Assembly (NCBI GenBank): GCA_016287995.1
Contig: JAEEXW010000001.1
Span: 1 to 40,151 of the forward strand
Direction: 5' to 3'
Length of the DNA: 40,151 bases
DNA from: Bacteroidales bacterium
GTDB taxonomy: Bacteria > Bacteroidota > Bacteroidia > Bacteroidales > UBA3824
This document shows positions 17,952 through 25,993 of this stretch, one piece after another. Positions within the stretch are counted from its first letter, which is position 1, and each line of letters starts with the position of its first letter. Under the pieces are notes generated by a model. The model saw only the letters and a program-made list of their open reading frames with translations, ran no database searches and had not been told where the DNA came from. Position numbers and translations under genes: made by a program.

Positions 17952-18878
17952 ATGATATTATCGGCTAAAAAATATTGCGGTTATTTGTTGGCTACGAGCA
18001 TTTTTTTATCGGCGTGTGCCGGAAATGCCGGTGGCGGCAAAAAAACGGATGTGGATACTTCAAAAAAAGAGCAGACCGCACAACTTGACCCCAACAAATC
18101 CGCTATTGTAAAAATTAATAACAGACTTTTCAGCGTTCCGTCGCCTTTGCAACTTGCGGGTTTTTTAAAAGAACTCAACTTGCCTTTCAAGAAAGAACTT
18201 TTGAGCGATGCTTCTGCGCGTCAGAATTACACAACGAGTTTCAAGCAGGCTCTTAACACTGGCGTTTATGGTGCGGATTTAGGTTATATCAATGCTTACG
18301 ATCAACTTCCGGAGGCGGCTGCGTATTTTAGCGCAGTAAGGTTTTTGACATCGGAACTTGGAATTTTGAACTCTTTCAACGAGGAGACTATCAGCAGGAT
18401 AGAAAAAAACAGCGGCGACAAAGACTCTTTGCTTTATATTGCTTCGCTGATTTATCGCGAGTCCGACTATTACCTTACTAATTCCGACAGAAACGAAATA
18501 GGCGCATTGATAATTGCGGGCGGTTGGGCAGAATCGCTTTACCTGATGACAAACGCCGGAATTTCAGGCGGCAACACCAAAAAGTTATGCGAACTCATCT
18601 GCGAACAAAAATACCCGCTTAATAATTTGATAGAATTGTTAAGACCCTATTACGGCAAACTGGGCAACGTAAATTATGATACGTTTTTGGAAAATTTGTC
18701 GGATTTGGCGGGAATTTTTGACGAAATCAACGTTAAATACACTTTCAGAGACACAAAAACAGACGAAAACAAAAGACTTACTGTTATTAACAGCGAATCA
18801 AACGCTGCATTAGAAGACGCACAGATAGAGGTCATTAGAACAAAAATCACAAAACTTAGAAACGAAATAATACAATAA
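17952..18878 (+). CDS. Hypothetical lipoprotein, first gene of the ABC/T9SS-cargo operon.
   Basis: The lipobox is ...LLATSIFLSAC-AGNAGGG. The mature part is helical-looking. I recognise no family. Confidence 0.7.
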   Translation: MILSAKKYCGYLLATSIFLSACAGNAGGGKKTDVDTSKKEQTAQLDPNKSAIVKINNRLFSVPSPLQLAGFLKELNLPFKKELLSDASARQNYTTSFKQALNTGVYGADLGYINAYDQLPEAAAYFSAVRFLTSELGILNSFNEETISRIEKNSGDKDSLLYIASLIYRESDYYLTNSDRNEIGALIIAGGWAESLYLMTNAGISGGNTKKLCELICEQKYPLNNLIELLRPYYGKLGNVNYDTFLENLSDLAGIFDEINVKYTFRDTKTDENKRLTVINSESNAALEDAQIEVIRTKITKLRNEIIQ

Positions 18879-18880
18879 AA

Positions 18881-19297
18881 ATGAAAATACTATTAATTTC
18901 GGTAATATTGTCGTTTTTTACAATCTTGAAGGCTGAGGCTCAGGCTGACACGCTTTTGAAATTCTGCGCTGCGCATATTCCTTCAAGTTATATCAGCGAC
19001 GGACAGGTGTATCAAACCCCCGTATCCGAGGGCGAAACTGCTGAATTTGCCTTAACGTTTTACGGCGGAAGTACTTACAGAATAGCCGCCTGCGCCGGAG
19101 TTGAAGACGGAAACCTTACGTTTTCGCTTTACGATAAGGACAGAAATGAACTTTTTTGCAGCACCGACCATAATAATGCCCCGTTTTGGGATTTCAAGTT
19201 TACCTCTACCGTAGAGTGTTATTTGGAAGCGCAACTTTCAACGGAGTCCACCGTAAAAAGTGCGTTCGCAATAATTCTGATTGGCTTCAAAAATTAA
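18881..19297 (+). CDS. Small secreted protein (138 aa), probably a beta-sandwich.
   Basis: The signal peptide is MKILLISVILSFFTILKAEAQ. A 2-nt gap follows the upstream stop. The mature part has four Cys residues. Confidence 0.65.
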   Translation: MKILLISVILSFFTILKAEAQADTLLKFCAAHIPSSYISDGQVYQTPVSEGETAEFALTFYGGSTYRIAACAGVEDGNLTFSLYDKDRNELFCSTDHNNAPFWDFKFTSTVECYLEAQLSTESTVKSAFAIILIGFKN

Positions 19298-19327
19298 AAA
19301 GCGTAACTAAAACAACCTCGCAACACG

Positions 19328-21085
19328 ATGAGTGACAGCATATTAAAAGCGTTAATGCGATTATTTGCCATAATTGCCGCCTCGAAAGAAAAGTCGGAAG
19401 ACGGCTCATTGTCTGTTGTGGAAAGTTTTTTGCGCCACGAGGTAAGTCAGCGGCTGATGGAAAAATACATAGAATTTTACAAAGAAAATTATTCTCAGTT
19501 GCTTGAAAAACAGGCAATTGCAAAACAGCATCAAAAATTTGTAGCCTCTGTCAGCACCAAAATCCTCGTTATCTGCGAGGCTGTCAACAAAGAACTCGTA
19601 CAATACCAAAAAGTGCTGGTTTTAGTCCGACTGTTGGAATTTATAAAAAGCGACAACAGCGAAGAAATCAGCCGTTTGGAAAATGACTGGGTGGCTACGG
19701 TCGCCCAAAAATTCAACGTTCAGGAAGACGAATACAAACTTCTCTCGGAATATGTTTTCATGTCAAAAAACCGTATTCCCGACTCCGAAAACATTTTGGT
19801 TATCAACAGCGACTACTGTTTTCAGCACGAGAGAATAAAACATATTTACAACGAAAATCTAAACGGGCAAATTATTGTTTTGGCGGTAAAGTCTGTCAAC
19901 ATGTATCTCTTTGTAATTCAAGGAGAAAACGAGTTGACAATGAACTCTCAACTGCTGAATCCCGCCCGCGTTCACGTGCTTTCGGCGGGTTCGTCCCTGC
20001 GCGGCGGGAAAATCCGCCCCGTATATTACAGCGACATTATCAGCACTTATAATTACGACAAGACAAAATCCAGAATCGTTTTTGAGGTTGACAAACTCGA
20101 ATACAAGTTTTCAAACGGCGAGACGGGTCTCCATTCGATGTCGTTTATCGAAAAGAGCGGCAACTTGGTCGGCATTATGGGTGCTTCCGGCGCAGGCAAA
20201 ACCACACTTTTGAACGTTCTTAACGGCAACCTCATGCCAAGCCGGGGACAGGTGCTTGTCAACGGCATAGACCTGCATACAAACGGCGGCGAACTCTCAG
20301 GACTCATCGGTTATGTCTCTCAGGACGACCATCTGATGGAAGAACTCACCGTTTTTCAGAATCTCTATTACGCCGCAAAACAGAGTTTCGACAATTATTC
20401 GCAGTTCAAGATTTACCGCACGGTTTTAAAACTTTTGAAAAGCCTCGGACTTTACGAAATCCGCAACATGAAAGCGGGTTCTCCGTCGGCGCAGTACATA
20501 AGCGGCGGTCAGAGAAAACGTCTCAACATCGCCCTTGAATTAATCCGCGAACCCTCGGTTTTGTTTATTGACGAGCCGACCTCCGGACTCTCGTCCCGCG
20601 ACTCGGAAAACATTATGGATTTGCTCAAAGACCTGACAATCAAGGGCAAACTCGTTTTTGTTGTCATTCACCAGCCGTCAAGCGATATTTTCAAAATGCT
20701 TGACAATCTGATACTTCTTGACAACGGCGGCTATCTTATTTACACCGGCGACCCGGTTGAGGCGATAACGTATTTCAAGTCGAGCGTAAGACAGGCAAAT
20801 TCCGGCGACTCGCAATGTCCCGAATGCGGCAACGTGAATCCCGAACAGATTTTCAACATCGTAGAAAGCCGGGTTATTGACGAGTTCGGAAACGTTACGC
20901 AACAGCGGAAAATCACGCCGAAAGAATGGAACGAACTGCACCTCAAAGAGATAAGAAAGCAAAAAAGACATTCGGTCTTGGTAAAGCACCTGCCGGAGGT
21001 CAACTTTAAGATTCCGGGATTTTTCCGTCAGTTTCTGATTTTCTTCAAGAGGGATATTCTCACAAAATTGGGCAACAGTCAGTAA
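19328..21085 (+). CDS. ABC transporter ATP-binding protein (ABCG/ABC-2 type) with a roughly 270-aa non-ABC N-terminal region. It ends at a TAA that appears to interrupt an ATPase-permease fusion.
   Basis: The Walker A is GIMGASGAGKTTLLNVLNG. The signature and Walker B are ISGGQRKRLNIALELIREPSVLFIDEPTSGLSS, and the H-loop is VVIHQPS. The tail FFRQFLIFFKRDILTKLGNSQ is the elbow helix that precedes TM1 of ABC-2 permeases. Confidence 0.85.
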   Translation: MSDSILKALMRLFAIIAASKEKSEDGSLSVVESFLRHEVSQRLMEKYIEFYKENYSQLLEKQAIAKQHQKFVASVSTKILVICEAVNKELVQYQKVLVLVRLLEFIKSDNSEEISRLENDWVATVAQKFNVQEDEYKLLSEYVFMSKNRIPDSENILVINSDYCFQHERIKHIYNENLNGQIIVLAVKSVNMYLFVIQGENELTMNSQLLNPARVHVLSAGSSLRGGKIRPVYYSDIISTYNYDKTKSRIVFEVDKLEYKFSNGETGLHSMSFIEKSGNLVGIMGASGAGKTTLLNVLNGNLMPSRGQVLVNGIDLHTNGGELSGLIGYVSQDDHLMEELTVFQNLYYAAKQSFDNYSQFKIYRTVLKLLKSLGLYEIRNMKAGSPSAQYISGGQRKRLNIALELIREPSVLFIDEPTSGLSSRDSENIMDLLKDLTIKGKLVFVVIHQPSSDIFKMLDNLILLDNGGYLIYTGDPVEAITYFKSSVRQANSGDSQCPECGNVNPEQIFNIVESRVIDEFGNVTQQRKITPKEWNELHLKEIRKQKRHSVLVKHLPEVNFKIPGFFRQFLIFFKRDILTKLGNSQ

Positions 21086-22477
21086 GTGGTGATTAACCTT
21101 TTGGAATCGCCACTGATTGCGCTGGTTTTGAGTTTTATCATCAAATACAGAAATCTCGGCAACAATTCAGGCTACACGCTTCTCGGAAACTGTAACCTGC
21201 CGATATATCTCTTTATAGCAGTGATAGTTGCGGTTTTTGTGGGACTCACCGTCAGCGCACAGGAAATCATAAAAGACCGCCTGATACGAAAACGGGAAGC
21301 GTTTATGAACCTCAGCAAAGGCGCGTATCTGCTCTCAAAAACAATTGACCTGTTGTGCATATCGGCATATCAGTCGTTTATGTTTGTACTGATAGGCAAC
21401 ACGGTTTTGGAAATCGACGAAATGTTTTTTAAGTATTTCATCATTCTGTTTTCGGTCTGGTTCAACGCCAATTTGCTCGGTCTGAACATTTCGGACGGTT
21501 TTAAAACCACCGTAACGATTTATATATCAATACCTTTTTTGATAATTCCGCAAATTGCTCTGTCGGGTGTTTTAATCAGTTTTGACAAACTGAATCCGAG
21601 CATTTCAAAACCCGGAAACGTGCCTTTTTACGGTGATTTGCTTGTTGCACGCTGGGCGTTTGAGGCTTTGGCGGTGGAACAGTTCAAAAACAATTCTTAC
21701 GAAAAAGGGCTTTACGAATACGAAAAAACGATGCAAACCTCGCTCGTAAAGAAAGATTTCTGGCTGAAAATTTTGGACAACAAACTCTCTGACATTCAAA
21801 ACAGCAGAAACGATCTTTCAAAGTCAGAAAGCGTTGAGTCTGACATTCTGACTCTGAAAAACGAACTCACAGCCGAGATTATGAACAACGGAGATGTTGT
21901 CGCGGATTTTGACCCGTCAGAACTTTCAATAGAAAATTTTGACGAAAAAACGTTTCAAAACATAAAAGAATATTTTGCCGCTTTGCGTGCGTATTATATC
22001 TTGGAATACAAAACCGCTGCCTCGGAAAAAGACGCTTACGTCAGTCAGATGCAGTCAACGCCGGAGGAAAAACAAGCCTACATAAACTTGAAAAAACGCT
22101 GCTACAACGAAAGTCTGACGGAGTTTGTAACCAACAAGCACGGGGACGGTCAGATTACGGAATTTGAAAACCGTCTGTACGAAAAAATCAACCCCATATA
22201 CCGCGACCCTGAGCACCTTGTTTTGGACGCGCATTTTTACGCTCCGCGCAAGAGGTTTTTCTCTGTTTATTTGGAGACTTTCTGGGTAAACGTTGTTGTG
22301 ATATGGCTGCAAAGTGCGTTCTTTTTCGTGTGTCTGTATTTCGGGGTTTTACGGCGTTGTCTCAACTATTTTGCCTCACTGAAAGAACGTTATCAGACAA
22401 AACACGGCAAAAAACAGTTGAACGAAACAGGCAAAGGTTTCATGAAAAAGTTTTCGCTTTCAAAAATACTCAGATGA
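21086..22477 (+). CDS. ABC-2-type permease domain with a long coiled-coil insert. It directly abuts the ATPase ORF in the same frame.
   Basis: It begins at GTG immediately after TAA 21083-21085. (V)VINLLESPLIALVLSFIIKY continues the permease N-terminus. There are several hydrophobic segments, with no gap and no independent start context. Confidence 0.75.
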   Translation: MVINLLESPLIALVLSFIIKYRNLGNNSGYTLLGNCNLPIYLFIAVIVAVFVGLTVSAQEIIKDRLIRKREAFMNLSKGAYLLSKTIDLLCISAYQSFMFVLIGNTVLEIDEMFFKYFIILFSVWFNANLLGLNISDGFKTTVTIYISIPFLIIPQIALSGVLISFDKLNPSISKPGNVPFYGDLLVARWAFEALAVEQFKNNSYEKGLYEYEKTMQTSLVKKDFWLKILDNKLSDIQNSRNDLSKSESVESDILTLKNELTAEIMNNGDVVADFDPSELSIENFDEKTFQNIKEYFAALRAYYILEYKTAASEKDAYVSQMQSTPEEKQAYINLKKRCYNESLTEFVTNKHGDGQITEFENRLYEKINPIYRDPEHLVLDAHFYAPRKRFFSVYLETFWVNVVVIWLQSAFFFVCLYFGVLRRCLNYFASLKERYQTKHGKKQLNETGKGFMKKFSLSKILR

Positions 22478-23988
22478 AAAAATTAATGCTTACATTTTTT
22501 CTTGCCGTCATAACCTTTTCAACAGTTTTGTCGCAAGACTTGGAAATTCCCGAAATTATATCCGTCGGTGTTGACACTTTGACGGGTAAACCGCTGATAA
22601 CGTGGACAATGCAAAATCCCGACGAAGTTGACGGTTACATAATAAAACGCCTTATCACCGACGGAGACGGCGTAATTTCCGGCACTTACAACAACGTCGC
22701 AATTATTGAAAACAACAAGGTTTTCTCTTACGTTGACCTTTCAAACTCCTACAACACAGAGGCAAAAGCCGAAAAAAGAAAAGAATATTACAGAATTTCG
22801 TCTTTCAAAGTCAGGCAGGACGGACAGACAATTTACTCGCTGATGTCCGACGAGGCGTATACCATGACTTTGAGCGGAGAGTTTGACTACTGCACAAATA
22901 CGTTCAGTTTCAGTTTTTCGTCTTTTTACGACAGCGGAAAAATCTCCGGCTACTGTCTTCATACCGGCTTTCCGAAGTCCGAAAAACTGATTATAACAAA
23001 AGACACAGTCTGTCAGTGGCAGTTCAAGGATTTTTTGCCGTCAAGAAATTTTGCCGTTGAAACCATTCTGACAAACGGAGTTTCGGTGTTTTCGCCGGTA
23101 ATTTACGTTGACGCTGAGGAAACAGTCGTTCCCGAAAAGTTGGAAATTCAAAACATAACCGCCGGAAATCCGAAGGGATTGGAGTTGAAAATAAAAATTT
23201 CGGAAAACTCCTCAACCTCAAAACTGCTGATTACAAGGCGCGATTTAGAAACCGATGAAAATCAAGCCGCCGAATTGGATTTTCATAACAGCAATTTCAT
23301 TTTTTGCGACACTTCTGCCGATGTTTCAAGACTTTACGCTTTCCGACTGTATGCGCTCAACAACTGCGGAATCGCGATAAAAATCTCTGATTCCACGGCA
23401 AACTCAGTATTAAAAGTCTCTTCGTCAGATACGGAAAACAAAAACATTCTGGAATGGAATGAGCCTTTGAACATGGTTTCAGGGGCAATAAAAACGGAAA
23501 TTTTCCGCAGCATCGACGACGGGGATTTGGAATACGCCGATGTCGTAAATTCCATGTACTCAGACTATCAGGAGAGCCTTTCAAATATTATCGCAAACAA
23601 GGAACTCTATGACGGAAAGTTTTGTTACCAAATAAAAATTTATCACAAGAACACCTCCGAAAATGACACGCTCGTAACGGTTTCAAACACGGCGTGCATT
23701 GAGAGGGAGCCTGTGATTTTTTTCCCTAACGCTTTGAACCCCAAATCCGTCAACACTGACAACTGGGAATTTAAGCCCAAAGCGGATTTTTTGCGGGATT
23801 ACAAAATGACAATATACAGCAAAAGAGGCGAAAACCTTTTTGAAACCACCGACCCCGCAAAAGGCTGGGACGGTTATAACAAAAACGGAAAACTCTGCCC
23901 GAGAGACAGTTACGTGTACATAGCCACGTTCACAACCTCTCACGGCAAAACCGTTACGAAAAAGGGGTACGTAAATTTAGTTTATTAA
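22474..23988 (+). CDS. Secreted protein with a T9SS type-B C-terminal sorting domain (gliding-motility-associated CTD).
   Basis: The start MKKLMLTFFLAVITFSTVLSQ overlaps the upstream stop (ATGA at 22474-22477). The C-terminus is FFPNALNPKSVNTDNWEFKP...MTIYSKRGENLFETTDPAKGWDGYNKNGKLCPRDSYVYIATF...KKGYVNLVY. Confidence 0.8.
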   Translation: MKKLMLTFFLAVITFSTVLSQDLEIPEIISVGVDTLTGKPLITWTMQNPDEVDGYIIKRLITDGDGVISGTYNNVAIIENNKVFSYVDLSNSYNTEAKAEKRKEYYRISSFKVRQDGQTIYSLMSDEAYTMTLSGEFDYCTNTFSFSFSSFYDSGKISGYCLHTGFPKSEKLIITKDTVCQWQFKDFLPSRNFAVETILTNGVSVFSPVIYVDAEETVVPEKLEIQNITAGNPKGLELKIKISENSSTSKLLITRRDLETDENQAAELDFHNSNFIFCDTSADVSRLYAFRLYALNNCGIAIKISDSTANSVLKVSSSDTENKNILEWNEPLNMVSGAIKTEIFRSIDDGDLEYADVVNSMYSDYQESLSNIIANKELYDGKFCYQIKIYHKNTSENDTLVTVSNTACIEREPVIFFPNALNPKSVNTDNWEFKPKADFLRDYKMTIYSKRGENLFETTDPAKGWDGYNKNGKLCPRDSYVYIATFTTSHGKTVTKKGYVNLVY

Positions 23989-23995
23989 TTTTTTT

Positions 23996-24670
23996 CTATT
24001 CTTCTTCCTCTTCTTCGTAAGCGGTCGGGTACATTTCAAATTTGAGCCTTGTAATCTCTTCCAAGACTTCGCCGTATTCCTGCATTTCTTCGTCCTCTTC
24101 GGCGTAATACCATTTTATTATAACGTCTTTTTTTATCTTGGCGAGTTTTTGGACAATGCCCAGAATGATTTTTGAAGTCGTAGTGTTGAAATATCCCAAT
24201 CTGAAAGTTACGATACTTTTTTGCAAAGGCTGATCCTGCACAAAAGCGTCAATCCACGCCAAAACGGGCTCATAAAATTTTGCCGCGTCTTCGGGTACGG
24301 ATTTGCCGGAAAATTCAAACACTTCTTTTTCAATGTCCAAAACAATCTTAGGTGTCTTGACAGTTCCCGTTAAGTTTATCGGTTCGGGATATACCGCAGT
24401 AATCACCGGCGAATTTGCGGGGACAAATTTCGGCGACGAAGAAGAAGACTTCTTCGCATTGCCCGTCGGCAGGGCTTTTCCGCAAATGCCGCAATAATTG
24501 TCGTCAATATCCACCTTGTGCCAGCAATAAGGGCACAAAAGCAGATAATCGTGAAGGCGGCTGCCGCAGTAGGTACAAAAATTCAAATTGGAATCCGCCT
24601 GCCTGCCGCAACTGCTGCACACGATAACATCATCTTCAATATCTCCGTTTCCGATATTCTGATTAGCCAT
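23996..24670 (-). CDS. Double zinc-ribbon domain fused to a DUF1987 (SiaC-family) domain.
   Basis: The N-terminus reads CSSCGRQADSNLNFCTYCGSRL...CPYCWHKVDIDDNYCGICG. The C-terminus reads PKIVLDIEKEVFEFSGKSVPEDAAKFYEPVLAWIDAF...LGYFNTTTSKIILGIV...IKWYYAEEDEEMQEYGE, matching the DUF1987 pattern. Confidence 0.75.
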   Translation of the reverse strand: MANQNIGNGDIEDDVIVCSSCGRQADSNLNFCTYCGSRLHDYLLLCPYCWHKVDIDDNYCGICGKALPTGNAKKSSSSSPKFVPANSPVITAVYPEPINLTGTVKTPKIVLDIEKEVFEFSGKSVPEDAAKFYEPVLAWIDAFVQDQPLQKSIVTFRLGYFNTTTSKIILGIVQKLAKIKKDVIIKWYYAEEDEEMQEYGEVLEEITRLKFEMYPTAYEEEEEE

Positions 24671-24699
24671 TTATGTAAAAAAAATCTAATGTATTTCTG

Positions 24700-25971
24700 T
24701 TAAATTCCGACATAAACCTTGTATTCCCACGCCGACAAACCGAGTCTCTCCCTGTCGGAGAAAACAGTTTCCTCGCCGGAAAACAGTTCCTTGTATTTTC
24801 CTTTGAGAAGTTCGCTTTCGGCAATACATTCTTTTCTGTCGGGACTTGCGTTAAAAATTCCGATTACTTTGTCGCCGCCGTTTATTCTCGCAAAAGCGTA
24901 AACGTTGCAGTTGTCAGTTGTCATAATCTTTGAAAAACTTCCGCCGAAACTGCCGTTCCAAAGTGCCTTGTGCTTTGTTTTCAATTCGTTGAGAGCCTTG
25001 TAAAAACCCTCCAACGGATAATCTGCCCATTGAATTTCAACTTTTTCAAAAAGCGGCAGCGTCTGGTTGAAAGCCGATTCCTGACCGCTGTAAATAAGCG
25101 GCATTCCCGGCAAAAGATAACTCAATACCGCAAACATTTTCGCGCCATCTCCGAAACGGTCAAATTCCGTGCCGTTCCACGCGCTTTCGTCATGGTTTGT
25201 GGTAAAATTAAGACGGTAATTTTCCCTTTGGAAACAATTGAGTTCATAATTTCTGTAATGGTCGAAATCATAAACGTTTTTCTGCTTTTTGGCGATTTGT
25301 TTCATCAAGTTATGAAGTTCCCATGCGTAAGTCATGTCAAAACCGTCGTGAATTTTCGGGTCTTCCCATTCGGCAAGCCAGAAACACGGTTTTATTTTGT
25401 CAACCGCCTCTCTTGCCTTTACCCAAAACCATGTCGGAACAAGCCCCGCCATATCACAGCGGTAACCGTCTATGTCAAAGTCCTTTACCCAGTAACTCAG
25501 AGCGTCAATCATCGCGTTTACGGTGTCGGGATTGTCGTAGTTTAAGTGCGCCACGTCAGTCCAGTCGTCGTTCGGGGCAAGAATGTTGCCGTGAGAATCC
25601 CTGTAATATCTGTCGGGAGTGTTCTCTATCCACGGATTGTCCCAAGCCGTATGATTGGCAACCCAGTCAAGCACAACGTGCATGCCGAGTTTGTGAATCT
25701 CCTTTACAAGAGCCTTGAAATCCGCTTTTGTTCCGTAATCGGGATTTATCTCTTTGTAATCTTTTACGCTGTACGCGCTGCCGAGAGTTCCTTTGCGGTT
25801 TTTCTCGCCAATCGGGAAAACCGGCATCAGCCACAAAATGTCAACGCCCATTTTTTTAAGACGCGGCAAGTGAGTGCGGAAAGAGGCAAAATTTCCTTCC
25901 TTTGTAAACTGGCGGATATTTACCTCGTAAATATTCGAATTTTTAGTCCATTCAGGTGTTTTAAAAGCCAT
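24700..25971 (-). CDS. GH13 alpha-amylase family protein (cytoplasmic, no signal peptide).
   Basis: GH13 regions I-IV are VVLDWVANHT, GYRCDMAG, WLAEWE and FTTNHDE. Confidence 0.9.
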   Translation of the reverse strand: MAFKTPEWTKNSNIYEVNIRQFTKEGNFASFRTHLPRLKKMGVDILWLMPVFPIGEKNRKGTLGSAYSVKDYKEINPDYGTKADFKALVKEIHKLGMHVVLDWVANHTAWDNPWIENTPDRYYRDSHGNILAPNDDWTDVAHLNYDNPDTVNAMIDALSYWVKDFDIDGYRCDMAGLVPTWFWVKAREAVDKIKPCFWLAEWEDPKIHDGFDMTYAWELHNLMKQIAKKQKNVYDFDHYRNYELNCFQRENYRLNFTTNHDESAWNGTEFDRFGDGAKMFAVLSYLLPGMPLIYSGQESAFNQTLPLFEKVEIQWADYPLEGFYKALNELKTKHKALWNGSFGGSFSKIMTTDNCNVYAFARINGGDKVIGIFNASPDRKECIAESELLKGKYKELFSGEETVFSDRERLGLSAWEYKVYVGI

Positions 25972-25993
25972 ATTTTTTATATCTTAAAAGTTT

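Noticed and set aside
2733-21085. Possibility that TAA is reassigned to a sense codon (alternative genetic code).
   Set aside because: TAA also terminates most intact, full-length genes in the window at the expected ends (A2M, queA, purT, DUF3298, the Smr gene and the GH3-like fusion). Reassignment would extend all of them implausibly.
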